A stretch of DNA of 64,000 bases from Geopsychrobacteraceae bacterium (GTDB taxonomy: Bacteria > Desulfobacterota > Desulfuromonadia > Desulfuromonadales > Geopsychrobacteraceae), in assembly GCA_963676795.2 (NCBI GenBank), contig CAXXTB010000002.1, positions 96,001 to 160,000 of the forward strand, read 5' to 3'. Under the pieces are notes generated by a model. The model was not told the origin of the DNA and did not search any database. It saw only the letters and a program-made list of their open reading frames with translations. The position numbers were made by a program, and so were the translations under genes. Below, in pieces: positions 9,050 through 24,845 of this stretch; position 1 is the stretch's first letter; the number at the start of each line of letters is the position of its first letter.

Positions 9050-9454
9050 TTAGTGCTGCGGCTGGCAGATCTCAGTCAATACCCCACCCGATGCTTTGGG
9101 GTGAATGAAGGCGATCGAATTATGGTGCGCCCCTTTGCGTGGTGTCTCATCGATCAGGCGGATATTGTCCGCTTTGAGCTGGGCGATTGCGGCGGTGATG
9201 TTTTCGACCTCGTAGGCCACGTGATGAACCCCTTCACCGTTTTTGGCCAGAAACTTGGCAATCGGTGAGTCTTCGGCGGTTGGTTCGAGCAGCTCGATAC
9301 GGCTTTCGCCAACTTTCAGGAAAGCCACCTTGACTTTTTGCTCCTCGACAACCTCCGTCCCCTCAAAGGCCATGCCCATCTGGTCACGGTAGTAGGGGAT
9401 GGAGTTCTCCAGATTGTGTACGGCAATACCGATATGGTTGATTTTGTTGGTCAT
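9050..9454 (-). CDS. mce: Methylmalonyl-CoA epimerase
   Basis: VOC fold: HIGIAV, IELLEP, GVHHVAYEV, FIHPK; in the mutase operon. Confidence 0.92.
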   Translation of the reverse strand: MTNKINHIGIAVHNLENSIPYYRDQMGMAFEGTEVVEEQKVKVAFLKVGESRIELLEPTAEDSPIAKFLAKNGEGVHHVAYEVENITAAIAQLKADNIRLIDETPRKGAHHNSIAFIHPKASGGVLTEICQPQH

Positions 9455-9497
9455 GGGCTTTCTCCCTGTCGTAAGTATTCAATTGTTGGAGATACCA

Positions 9498-10478
9498 TCA
9501 GTGGTAACGTTTAAAGTTCTCAATGAGCCTGCGTGCCGCGGCGCCTGGTGTGGTCGTGCCATTGGCGATTCCGGCCTGGACCTGGTCGAGGGTGGTGGCC
9601 ACCTTCGGATCCTGGAGAAACAGATCCTTGAGGCTGTCCATGACCATCGACCACATCCAGTCATTTGTCTGCAGACGGCGTTTGCTGCTGAATTCATCAT
9701 GTTCTTTCATGGTCTCGACAAAGTTCATGATCATGGTCCAGACTTCGTCGATCCCTTCACCGGTCAGCGCACTGCAGAGCATGGTCGGAACCTGCCAACG
9801 GCTGTTCTTCGGTTTCATGAGGTGAAGCGCGCTTTTGTACTGGCTGCGTGCCAGTTCTGCTGCCGGCCGGTTTTTCCCTTCCGCTTTGTTGATGACGATC
9901 GCATCGGCGATCTCCATGACCCCTTTCTTGATTCCCTGAAGTTCGTCACCCGCGTTTGCCAGTTGCAGCAGGAGGAAGAAGTCGACCATTGATGCGACTG
10001 TCACTTCAGATTGCCCGACACCGACGGTTTCGACAACAATGACATCATAGCCGGCGGCTTCACAGAGGAGCATGGTTTCTCTTGTCTTGCGTGCCACCCC
10101 GCCGAGCGTGTCTCCCGATGGCGAGGGGCGGATAAAGGCGTTTGTTTCTCTGGCCAGCATTTCCATGCGGGTTTTGTCGCCAAGGATTGAGCCGCCGGAA
10201 AGTTGAGATGTCGGGTCGACCGCCAGAACTGCCAGCCGATGTCCCCGCTTTAAAAGTTGCAGCCCCAGCGCTTCGATGAAAGTGCTTTTGCCGACCCCCG
10301 GCACTCCGGAAATGCCGATTCGGATCGCCTTGCCGGAATCGGGCAGCAGCATGTTGAGCAGGGTTTCGGCATCCTGGGCATGATCGGGGTTACGGCTTTC
10401 GATCAGGGTGATCGCTTTTGCCAGTGATCGTATGTTGCCGGTGCGGACCCCTTCTGCCATTTTCTCTATCGGAAGCAC
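9498..10478 (-). CDS. meaB: Methylmalonyl-CoA mutase-associated GTPase
   Basis: GVPGVGKST, GGSILGDKTRM, ETVGVGQSE, INKAEG. Confidence 0.95.
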   Translation of the reverse strand: MLPIEKMAEGVRTGNIRSLAKAITLIESRNPDHAQDAETLLNMLLPDSGKAIRIGISGVPGVGKSTFIEALGLQLLKRGHRLAVLAVDPTSQLSGGSILGDKTRMEMLARETNAFIRPSPSGDTLGGVARKTRETMLLCEAAGYDVIVVETVGVGQSEVTVASMVDFFLLLQLANAGDELQGIKKGVMEIADAIVINKAEGKNRPAAELARSQYKSALHLMKPKNSRWQVPTMLCSALTGEGIDEVWTMIMNFVETMKEHDEFSSKRRLQTNDWMWSMVMDSLKDLFLQDPKVATTLDQVQAGIANGTTTPGAAARRLIENFKRYH

Positions 10479-10519
10479 TTATCCTTGTCTCCTGCCTATC
10501 TACTAATAAGTCTTAATAG

Positions 10520-10644
10520 CCCCTTCTCCATGGGTACCCAAAGGGCATAAGGGAGAAGGGGCCCGAAGGGCGGATGAGGGGAAGCTGTGCGCGTAAATCC
10601 CCTCACCCGACGCTTTGCGCCACCCTCTCCCGGAGGGAGAGGGA
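10520..10644. repeat. REP-like palindromic repeat, family A copy 2
   Basis: cccttctcc..ggagaaggg; ggatgagggg..cccctcaccc; ccctctccc..gggagaggg. Confidence 0.75.
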
Positions 10645-10673
10645 TTGCATGGTTTTATGGTCTGTTCCGAAAA

Positions 10674-12815
<2,142 letters not shown>

Positions 12816-13015
12816 GTTGTTACATCCTTTAGTTCTGATCGCAATTGGGTTCTAGGTGGTAAGTGTCTGGTACGAAAGGGATTTTATCTCAATTGTGAAG
12901 GCTGATAAATGCGTGTCAGCGTGAGAATCCTGCCGCTTGGTCAGTGTTTTTGGCCTGTTCTTTTCTGGTGTGGATTTTTTCTGTCACGGAACCTTTGTCC
13001 AGTGTTGCCGATATA

Positions 13016-13126
13016 GTCCTTCTCCTTGGGGAGAAGGTGCCCCTTTGGGGCGGATGAGGGGGAGCTTTTGTGGCGGAATGCCCCTCACCCGGCGCATCGC
13101 GCCACCCACTCCCTGAGGGCGAGGGA
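13016..13126. repeat. REP-like palindromic repeat, family A copy 3
   Basis: ccttctcc..ggagaagg-tgcccc..ggggcggatgagggg..cccctcaccc. Confidence 0.75.
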
Positions 13127-13162
13127 ATGCTTTTCTCTTTTGAAAAGTTGGGCAAAAAGCTC

Positions 13163-13190
13163 TTGACAATCGGGCCATCAAAAATATTAT
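13163..13190 (+). promoter_or_regulatory. sigma70 promoter of groESL
   Basis: TTGACA 13163-13168, TATTAT 13185-13190 (16-nt spacer), immediately upstream of CIRCE. Confidence 0.6.
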
Positions 13191-13199
13191 TACCAACTG

Positions 13200-13226
13200 T
13201 TAGCACTCGGTTGCATTGAGTGCTAA
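13200..13226. promoter_or_regulatory. CIRCE element (HrcA operator)
   Basis: Exact TTAGCACTC-N9-GAGTGCTAA. Confidence 0.95.
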
Positions 13227-13343
13227 CAGTTGGTATACTCCGAATCGTTTTGGTGAAGACGACAGCCGCTTGCGGCTTTCTATCAAACAAGGACTCTATG
13301 GCCTTAAGTGCCGAATTCAACGTGAATCTGAAAGGAGAACGTC

Positions 13344-13634
13344 ATGAACATCAGACCATTGCAAGATCGTATCATCGTCGAGCGCATCGAAGAGGAAACC
13401 AAGACCGCTGGTGGAATCATCATTCCTGATACTGTTTCCAAGGAGAAACCTCAGGAAGGCAAGGTCATTGCTGCTGGTAAGGGCAAGGTCACTCCAGAAG
13501 GCAAGGTTCTGCCCCTCGACATCAAGGAAGGCGACCGTGTTCTGTTCGGCAAGTATGCCGGTAGCGAGATCAAGGTTGACGGCAAAGAGTATCTCATTAT
13601 GCGCGAAGACGACATCCTCGGCGTTATTGAGTAG
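13344..13634 (+). CDS. groES: Co-chaperonin GroES
   Basis: [26 protein letters not shown]. Confidence 0.98.
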   Translation: MNIRPLQDRIIVERIEEETKTAGGIIIPDTVSKEKPQEGKVIAAGKGKVTPEGKVLPLDIKEGDRVLFGKYAGSEIKVDGKEYLIMREDDILGVIE

Positions 13635-13745
13635 GCAGATTCCGCTTTTACGCTCCAGCTGTGCTGCTTAAATGCTCACGTAGCTTTCGCTACGCTGCGC
13701 TTTTGCGCTGCTCGCGCCTTGCTGGAACCTAAAATCGAAACTGCC
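13634..13745. repeat. Long imperfect hairpin element (family D) between groES and groEL
   Basis: ggcagattccgcttttacgctccagc pairs with gctggaacctaaaatcgaaactgcc; central cgtagc-tttc-gctacg. Confidence 0.6.
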
Positions 13746-13792
13746 GGGAAAGTATCTACTTTCAACTGAATATCAAAAATAATAAGAACTAA

Positions 13793-15450
<1,658 letters not shown>

Positions 15451-15451
<1 letters not shown>

Positions 15452-15593
15452 GTTTCTGTCCGGGAGCCGTCCTTTTCCGCAATCTCGGCGTCAGCCAGCG
15501 GATTCGCTTGTGCGGCGTAAAGTACTACGCCTCCGCGCGACTCCTTGGCTTCCTTGACCTTGCGAAAAAAAACTGGCTCCCGAATCAGAAACT
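15451..15593. repeat. Long imperfect hairpin element (family D) after groEL
   Basis: agtttctgtccgggagcc pairs with ggctcccgaatcagaaact; central ggcgta-aagtac-tacgcc. Confidence 0.6.
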
Positions 15594-15610
15594 GGTTTGC
15601 TGTCCTTTAG

Positions 15611-15656
15611 TTACACAAAAAGCCCCGCCGGTTTCCCGGCGGGGCTTTTTGTGTAA
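15611..15656. terminator. Bidirectional intrinsic terminator
   Basis: ttacacaaaaagccccgccgg-tttc-ccggcggggctttttgtgtaa, perfect 21-bp arms. Confidence 0.9.
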
Positions 15657-15701
15657 TTTCAAATTTGAAATTTCAGAGCGCACCAGCGTAACGCTGGCGC
15701 G

Positions 15702-16679
15702 CTAACTGATGATCATCTGTGCCGATTTATCCCTTGGCAGCGGTGCGACACGACATAGCGTTTCCTCTGACGGGGTGATGCATAGGACGTCAACCTCTGC
15801 TTCGTCCTTGCCTTTGCCGTATGAAGCGACAATCGCTGCGGCCAGCTCCCGTGCTTCCTGTGTCGCTTCACCGATCAGCAGGGCCAGGGGACCACTGAAA
15901 TTCTGGCAGCGCATCATGATGTGCTGCGGTTTGGCCAGGGTTTTGATCTGTTCGTTATCGGCCTGATTGCGTCCGACAACCAGTTTGCTCTTCTGGGTCA
16001 GGCGGAACTGGCGGCCTGCCTTGAGCAGTTCGACATCGGCGGGGTCGGCGAGCGGGTCGTAGGTCAGCAGGTCGCGCAGCTGGTTGGAGAACCCTTCTTC
16101 GGTCAACAGGCAGCCGCCGCCGGAGGGGGGATATTCAGTCAGCCCCCATTCCTTGGCCAGGGCCTGCTGAGGTTTCCTCGAGCGTCCCTGGATGTCGAGC
16201 AGCTGCTCACGGTCGACCAGGCCGCTTTCCTCCATGGAGGTGATCGGCAGCAGTTTGGCGCTCAACGGGCGCAGGATCTTGTCGCCGATGCCGCAGAGTT
16301 TGGCGACCGAGCGCAGGGCATTGCGGTTCTGGCTCATCGGGCGCTGGCCGAGCACTTCGCCGGAAAAGAGGAAGTCGAAGCCGTCTTCCGCCATGCGTTT
16401 GCCCGCCAGTTCAAACATCATGGCGTGGCAATCGATACAGGGGTTCATGTTGCGGCCGTGGCCGTAGGTCGGGTTCTTGACCATTTCCAGGTGAACGCTG
16501 CTGATATCTTCTACGATCAGGGGAAAGCCGATCAGTTCGGCCGATTTGATCGCTTTTTCTGCACCGAAGAATGGGGTGACAAAGGCGATTCCGGTGACAT
16601 CGATCCCCTGGCGTTTCAGGGTCATAAGGGCGAGGCTGCTGTCAAGGCCGCCTGAAATAAGCCCCAGTGCTTTACTCAT
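15702..16679 (-). CDS. PP-loop tRNA thiolation enzyme-like protein (ThiI/MnmA-related)
   Basis: SGGLDS PP-loop; NPCIDCH; GEVLGQRPMSQ; GGGCLLT; ATG 16679 after ggag. Confidence 0.75.
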   Translation of the reverse strand: MSKALGLISGGLDSSLALMTLKRQGIDVTGIAFVTPFFGAEKAIKSAELIGFPLIVEDISSVHLEMVKNPTYGHGRNMNPCIDCHAMMFELAGKRMAEDGFDFLFSGEVLGQRPMSQNRNALRSVAKLCGIGDKILRPLSAKLLPITSMEESGLVDREQLLDIQGRSRKPQQALAKEWGLTEYPPSGGGCLLTEEGFSNQLRDLLTYDPLADPADVELLKAGRQFRLTQKSKLVVGRNQADNEQIKTLAKPQHIMMRCQNFSGPLALLIGEATQEARELAAAIVASYGKGKDEAEVDVLCITPSEETLCRVAPLPRDKSAQMIIS

Positions 16680-16875
16680 CAATTGCTCCAATGGTTACTG
16701 TTTGTTCTTTTGCCGGGAGTGAGACATTAGCATGGCTGGCCCTGTATAAGCAACCGTGGTCCAAGTGGTCCAAAGTACCTGCCGGGGGATAAACGCTGGG
16801 AAATGCTGATAGTGAAGGTTCGGCCCGAAACAGGGCTCTGCTTGCAGAGCCGCTGTCCCGGGATTATGGAAGTAC

Positions 16876-17076
16876 TTACTGATCCTTGTTCTTTTTGTCC
16901 GCGATGTCTTCGATCTCGCCTTCTTCAATTTCATCCTGGGCTTCGTTAATCCCTTTTTTGAAATTACGCAACCCCTTGCCAAGAGCACCACCGACCTGTG
17001 GCAGTTTTCCGGCTCCGAAGACGACCATAATAATAACCAGAATGATCAGAAGTTCCGTGGTACCTAATCCAAACAT
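16876..17076 (-). CDS. tatA: Twin-arginine translocase TatA/E subunit
   Basis: MFGLGTTELLII...FGAGKLP..GKGLRNFKK; RBS ggagg. Confidence 0.93.
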   Translation of the reverse strand: MFGLGTTELLIILVIIMVVFGAGKLPQVGGALGKGLRNFKKGINEAQDEIEEGEIEDIADKKNKDQ

Positions 17077-17314
17077 GATTGTCTTGCCTCCCTGTGTCAT
17101 GCTGATAGAAGATTCTAAAGGTCTACAAACATACATCGGTTAAATGGAAAAAACAATCAGTGTTAGTTATTTGCCTGAAAGTTCAGAGTATTTGCCGGCG
17201 TGGCGAAGTGTTTCTGTTCTGTGGGTGATGGCTGCAAGAAAAAAACTGGGCGGAATGTCAGGCTATCGGCTAGAATGTGATTCTAATGAGATTGTCGGAC
17301 GCGAAGGAGGACAA

Positions 17315-17536
17315 ATGGAACCCCTGATAGACGTCATTTATCCGGATGGATCATTCTCGATGGTCAGTAACGTACTGCTCGATGCCCTGATTGCGACACA
17401 CAAGATCAGTGCTTTTCATCGTTCTGATGGATGGGTATATCTCTGTGCGGAGGACATCCGCTTAAGAGACTACCGGCATGGCCAGGATTATCCGGGGCCG
17501 GAGCGGCGTTCTTCGTGGCGGACCGCAGAGGGCTGA
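17315..17536 (+). CDS. Small GSU3473-family-like protein
   Basis: RBS aggagg; IDVIYPDG..LLDALI..FHRSDGWV..YPGPERR; paralog at 59032. Confidence 0.7.
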   Translation: MEPLIDVIYPDGSFSMVSNVLLDALIATHKISAFHRSDGWVYLCAEDIRLRDYRHGQDYPGPERRSSWRTAEG

Positions 17537-17585
17537 GCAAGAAGAGCGACTCTTCTCACTCAGCCTGTGTCGTAAGTTTTGGCAC

Positions 17586-17942
17586 TCAGCCGATTTTTTC
17601 CTGGCGTTCCTGTTCGGTTTTGCAGTCAATGCACAGCGTGGTGACCGGGCGAACCTTGAGACGCTCAACGCCGATTTCTTCCTCGCAGCTTTCGCAGAGA
17701 CCGAAAGTTCCCTCTTCAATCCGTTCCAGGGCCTGCTTGATCTTGTTGATCAGTTTGCGTTCGCGATCACGGATGCGCAGTTCGAAGTTCCGGTCCGACT
17801 CAAGCGAGGCCCGATCTGTCGGGTCGGGAAAGTTTTCCACTTCTTCGGTCATCTCGTTCACCGTTTTGTCCGCATCTGAGAGCAGTTCTTTAAGCTGCTG
17901 ATTCAGGATCTCTCTGAATTCTTGCAGGGTTGCTTTGTCCAT
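17586..17942 (-). CDS. dksA: RNA polymerase-binding protein DksA
   Basis: FPDPTDRA coiled-coil tip; C4 zinc finger CESC...CIDC. Confidence 0.93.
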   Translation of the reverse strand: MDKATLQEFREILNQQLKELLSDADKTVNEMTEEVENFPDPTDRASLESDRNFELRIRDRERKLINKIKQALERIEEGTFGLCESCEEEIGVERLKVRPVTTLCIDCKTEQERQEKIG

Positions 17943-17986
17943 GGGCACCATCCTTTCTGGCGAATCAGTCCGGTTGCAACGGGGAA

Positions 17987-18514
17987 CTACATGGCCCCTC
18001 TGAACTGGACGACAATAATCAGGAGCAGTACTGCAGCCGCCAGCCAGGCCGAAAAGACATCTCCGCTTTTACGTGGCGGTGCTTTGGCCATCTGGCGTGT
18101 GTCATCACCGTAAACTGTTGCCGGGCAGCGTTCGAGGATTTGGTTGATCAGGCTGCCGAAATCATCGTAGCTGTTTGAAATAATGGCGAAATCTGTCTCG
18201 CTGCTGAGGCTGATGAAGACCCTTTTACGGACCCTGATGGTATCGACTGCGGTCAGGTCGGCAAAGTTGAGAGCCTTGGTTCGCAGCAGTTTATGGATCG
18301 TGATCGTCGTTTCTGTCAGGCTGATCGTTCTGGTCAGGCTCTCAATAAACAGGGCGACTGTCGGGATCAGCAGAATAACCAGGATAATGACCTTGCCGGT
18401 CGGCAGCTCGAGGAAGACGGTGCTGGCGAGCAGGATAACGGCGAGCAGGACAACCAGTCCCATCGGCAGAAGAAATGATTTGCGAATCCTGAATGTGCTC
18501 TCTGAATCTGTCAT
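17987..18514 (-). CDS. Membrane protein (bacterial PH-domain-like)
   Basis: Two N-terminal TM helices, soluble beta-rich part, C-terminal TM; start inferred. Confidence 0.55.
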   Translation of the reverse strand: MTDSESTFRIRKSFLLPMGLVVLLAVILLASTVFLELPTGKVIILVILLIPTVALFIESLTRTISLTETTITIHKLLRTKALNFADLTAVDTIRVRKRVFISLSSETDFAIISNSYDDFGSLINQILERCPATVYGDDTRQMAKAPPRKSGDVFSAWLAAAVLLLIIVVQFRGAM

Positions 18515-18692
18515 GTCTGTCCCGCTGAAAAACCGCACAAAAATTATTATGATTTTTTTATGATAGGCGAGATTAGCATCTTTATCTGTATTTTCCAATC
18601 GAGAAAAGAACAACGTTATTTTCTCCTGAATCAAAGTGTCGATCTGCGGATATCTGTACGTTTTGTCCGCCTGCTCCCCACGGATTCAGGTG

Positions 18693-20048
18693 TCAGTCGA
18701 ACATGTGCTCCAGCGCTTCGGCCGCGTGTCTGATGCCGATCAGCTGAATGCTGTCCGGAACCTCGAGGTTTTTAAGGTTGCCGTGGGGCAGAATGCAGCG
18801 GGTGAAGCCGAGCCGGGCCGCTTCCTTGACGCGCAGCTCCGGTTGGGAGACGGCCCGCACTTCACCGGTCAGGCCGACCTCGCCGAAGATGACCGTCTGC
18901 GCATCGATGACCCGGTTCAGGTGGCTTGAGGCCAGCGCGGCGATGGCAGCCAGGTCGACAGCCGGTTCGTCGAGGCGAACGCCGCCGGCGACGTTGAGAA
19001 AGATATCCTGCCCGGCCAGGGAGAGTTCGACCTTTTTTTCGAGAATGGCCACCAGCAGGGCGACCCGTTTGTGGTCGTAACCTATCGCTGTGCGTTGAGG
19101 GGTGCCGAAGGAGCTGCTCGAAACCAGCGACTGGACTTCGACCAGGATCGGCCGGCTTCCCTCAAGGGAGGCGACGACGGCACTGCCGGCACTCTGCTCC
19201 GGACGTTCGGCGAGGAACAGCTCCGAGGGGTTGAGCACTTCGCGCAGCCCCTGCTCGCGCATCTCAAAGACGCCGATCTCGTTGGTCGAGCCGAAGCGGT
19301 TCTTGACCGCGCGCAGAATCCGGTAGGGGTGACCCGGATCCCCCTCAAAGTAGAGAACCGTGTCGACCATATGTTCGAGCACGCGCGGCCCGGCGATAGC
19401 GCCGTCCTTGGTGACATGGCCGACGAGAAAGGTCGGCAGGCCGTCGGCCTTGGCCTGGAGCATCAGCTGGCCGGTACATTCGCGGACCTGGCTGACGCTC
19501 CCTGGCGCCGAGTCGAGGCTGCCGGTGAAGATCGTCTGGATCGAGTCGATGACCAGGAAGTCGGGCTTCAGTTCCTTGATCCGCTGCTTGATCTGCTCGA
19601 GCGAGGTTTCCGCCAGGAGAAACAGGTTGTCGCCGGAGATGTCGAGGCGGTCGGCTCTCAGTTTGACCTGGCGGGCCGATTCTTCGGCGGTGACGTAGAG
19701 GGCCGTGCCATGGGCCGCCAGGTTGGCAAAGGCCTGGAGCAGCAGGGTCGATTTGCCGATGCCGGGGTCACCGCCGACCAGGATCAGCGAGCCGGGGACC
19801 AGGCCGCCGCCCAGTGTCCGGTTGAGCTCCGAGAGGCCGCAGCTCAGGCGGTCCTCTTCGCGGATGGCCACCTCGCTCAGCTTTAGGGCCTTGCCCGGTT
19901 CGGCCAGGGCCCGGCTGTGCCCGGACTGGGCGACCGGTTGCTCTTCGACCAGGCTGTTCCACTGGCGGCAGTCCGGGCAGCGCCCCAGCCATTTCGGGCT
20001 TTGAAAGCCGCATTGCTGGCAGGTGAAGATCGTTTTCTGACGGGCCAT
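18693..20048 (-). CDS. radA: DNA repair protein RadA/Sms
   Basis: C4 zinc finger, GDPGIGKST, KNRFG. Confidence 0.97.
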   Translation of the reverse strand: MARQKTIFTCQQCGFQSPKWLGRCPDCRQWNSLVEEQPVAQSGHSRALAEPGKALKLSEVAIREEDRLSCGLSELNRTLGGGLVPGSLILVGGDPGIGKSTLLLQAFANLAAHGTALYVTAEESARQVKLRADRLDISGDNLFLLAETSLEQIKQRIKELKPDFLVIDSIQTIFTGSLDSAPGSVSQVRECTGQLMLQAKADGLPTFLVGHVTKDGAIAGPRVLEHMVDTVLYFEGDPGHPYRILRAVKNRFGSTNEIGVFEMREQGLREVLNPSELFLAERPEQSAGSAVVASLEGSRPILVEVQSLVSSSSFGTPQRTAIGYDHKRVALLVAILEKKVELSLAGQDIFLNVAGGVRLDEPAVDLAAIAALASSHLNRVIDAQTVIFGEVGLTGEVRAVSQPELRVKEAARLGFTRCILPHGNLKNLEVPDSIQLIGIRHAAEALEHMFD

Positions 20049-20197
20049 TGCTATCCTCCTCGGCAAGAATCTGCATCCTATTCTGAAGGGAGAAAGACTG
20101 TCAATTGCTTCAGTCTTTTGCGGTTGCTCCCTTGGTTGTTCGCTACGCTTTGGAGTATAGTCATAGAGTGTGTCAAATAATGTCTTAAGGGAGAGTC

Positions 20198-20485
20198 ATG
20201 ACTTTCGAAGAGCTGCAGAACGTACTTGTCCTGTTTGGCCTTGCTCAACATGCCACGCAGCGGCAGATCCGCAAGCGTTACCATCAGCTGGTCAAAGAAT
20301 GTCACCCTGACCGCAGCGAAGATAATGAACGGATTCGTGAGCTGAACGCCGCGTATGAACTTATCGGTGAATATCTTGAAAACTATCAGTACGACTTCGG
20401 TCTTGAAGCCTATCTGCAGCAGTACCCGGAAGAGCGGGTGCGTCGCCAGTTTTATGATCAGGAACTGTGGACCCGGAAAGACTGA
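20198..20485 (+). CDS. Small J-domain protein
   Basis: IRKRYHQLVKECHPD (HPD motif), ELNAAYE. Confidence 0.8.
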   Translation: MTFEELQNVLVLFGLAQHATQRQIRKRYHQLVKECHPDRSEDNERIRELNAAYELIGEYLENYQYDFGLEAYLQQYPEERVRRQFYDQELWTRKD

Positions 20486-20569
20486 GTTCGAAAAGGGAAG
20501 AATACTTTTTCCTGTGGCGGCTTTGTGATACATTACCCCCCTTTTGCTAAGTGAAGGGTAGATAAAGCC

Positions 20570-23080
<2,511 letters not shown>

Positions 23081-23119
23081 GCTTTCGAATTTATATATAA
23101 AACAGTGTAGGAGTTGAAC

Positions 23120-24622
23120 ATGACGAAGGAGCTGGTCATCAGTACCACCTCCCACGAGACGCGTGTCGCTTTGCTGGAGGGCGGGCATATTGCCGAGCTC
23201 TACATCGAGCGGGAACGGGAACGGGGGATTGTCGGAAATATCTACAAGGGGCGGGTTATCCGCGTGCTGCCTGGGATGCAGGCGGCGTTCGTCGATATCG
23301 GCCTGGAGAAGGCGGCGTTTCTCTATGTCGCTGACGTGCTTGACGTGATGGAGCAGGTTGAGCGGCGCGTCGAAGGGGATACCGAACCGGCCGGTGAGGA
23401 GGAAAGCGAGCTGCCGCCGCTGCCGCCGATCGAGGATCTTCTCAAGGAAGGGCAGGAGCTGCTGGTGCAGATCTCCAAGGAGCCGATCGGCACCAAGGGC
23501 GCCCGGATTACCTCGCACATCTCACTGCCGGGCCGCCACCTGGTCTACATGCCGACCGTCGATCATGTTGGCATCTCGCGGCGCATCGAATGTGAAGAGG
23601 AGCGCGAACGGCTGCGCAGTGTTGTCGAAGAGATCCGCAGCCCGGGTACCGGGTTCATTGTCCGTACCGTGTCCGAAGGGAAGAGCGAGGAGGATCTGCG
23701 CCATGACATGAGTTTCCTGGTCGGGTTGTGGGAAAATATCAGCCGCGGGCTTGACCAGATCAGCGCTCCGGAGCTGGTCCACTCCGACCTCGATGTGACC
23801 AGCAAGGTTCTGCGCGATATCCTTACCGAAGATGTGCAGAAGATCGTCGTCGACAACCAGGAAGAGTACGAGAAGATTGTTCGCTTCCTGCGCACCTTCA
23901 TGCCGCGCCTCAACTACTGTATCGAACTCTACAAGGGGGACGAACCGATCTTCGACGCCTACGGTCTCGAGGTCGAAATTTCCCGCGCCTTGGGACGCAA
24001 GGTCTGGCTCAAGAGCGGCGGCTCGATCATCATCGAGCAGACCGAGGCGCTGACCGCTGTCGATGTCAATACCGGCCGCTACGTCGGCAAGCACAATCTG
24101 GAGGATACGATCCTCAAGACCAATCTGGAAGCGGTCAAGGAGATCGCCTTTCAGCTGAGGCTGCGCAATATCGGCGGCCTGATCATCATCGATTTTATCG
24201 ATATGGAGAAAGAGGCGCACCGGGAAAAGGTTCATGCTGCCCTTGAGGAAGCGCTGAAGAACGACAAGAACAAAACCAACATTCTCAAAATCTCCGAGCT
24301 CGGCCTGGTTGAGATGACCCGCAAGCGGGTCCGCGAAAGTATCGGCCGGACCCTCTGTGAACCCTGTCCCTACTGCGAAGGGAAGGGCTACGTCAAGGGC
24401 AAGCTGACAGTCATCTATGAGATTCTCCGCGAACTGCATCGTGAGATGAAAGACCTGCCAGCCGGGCATGTCACCCTGCTGGCCCATCCGGAGATCGCCG
24501 GCCTGCTGATCGACGAGGAGCGCGCCGGGCTCGACGAGGTTGAAGAGCGCTATGGCCGGCCGGTGTCGATTCAGCCTCGCCCTGGGTTTCATATCGAGCA
24601 GTTTGAGATTTCTGTCGGCTGA
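23120..24622 (+). CDS. rng: Ribonuclease G (Rne/Rng family)
   Basis: VGNIYKGRV, GMQAAFVDIG, DVNTG, IIDFIDM, CPYC. Confidence 0.93.
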   Translation: MTKELVISTTSHETRVALLEGGHIAELYIERERERGIVGNIYKGRVIRVLPGMQAAFVDIGLEKAAFLYVADVLDVMEQVERRVEGDTEPAGEEESELPPLPPIEDLLKEGQELLVQISKEPIGTKGARITSHISLPGRHLVYMPTVDHVGISRRIECEEERERLRSVVEEIRSPGTGFIVRTVSEGKSEEDLRHDMSFLVGLWENISRGLDQISAPELVHSDLDVTSKVLRDILTEDVQKIVVDNQEEYEKIVRFLRTFMPRLNYCIELYKGDEPIFDAYGLEVEISRALGRKVWLKSGGSIIIEQTEALTAVDVNTGRYVGKHNLEDTILKTNLEAVKEIAFQLRLRNIGGLIIIDFIDMEKEAHREKVHAALEEALKNDKNKTNILKISELGLVEMTRKRVRESIGRTLCEPCPYCEGKGYVKGKLTVIYEILRELHREMKDLPAGHVTLLAHPEIAGLLIDEERAGLDEVEERYGRPVSIQPRPGFHIEQFEISVG

Positions 24623-24670
24623 AATTTGCTGAGAACGAAAGGGGGCTGTTGCCCTCTATGCGCGTTGCTG

Positions 24671-24709
24671 ACGGGCCCCGGGTTGATAAATCCGGGGCCC
24701 GTTTTTTTT
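24671..24709 (+). terminator. Intrinsic terminator after rng
   Basis: acgggccccgg...ccggggcccg-tttttttt. Confidence 0.85.
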
Positions 24710-24845
24710 CATCATGACTGTGCGTTGATTGGTAAAGCTGTTTTGGTGAGGTCAGAGCTCCTTGATTCTCAGATTGTTCCTGCATGTTTTTCTGTTACCA
24801 TTGTCAGGAGACAGGCTTGCAATTTAAATTCCGGCGGAGGTTTCT

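Noticed and set aside
12816..13015. Cobalamin riboswitch upstream of scpA (also checked upstream of cbiET, 40410-40515)
   Set aside because: No B12-box or conserved core recognised by eye; an Rfam scan would be decisive.
12916..13320. 134-aa minus-strand ORF upstream of scpA
   Set aside because: Spans a family A repeat, the groE promoter and CIRCE; not protein-like.
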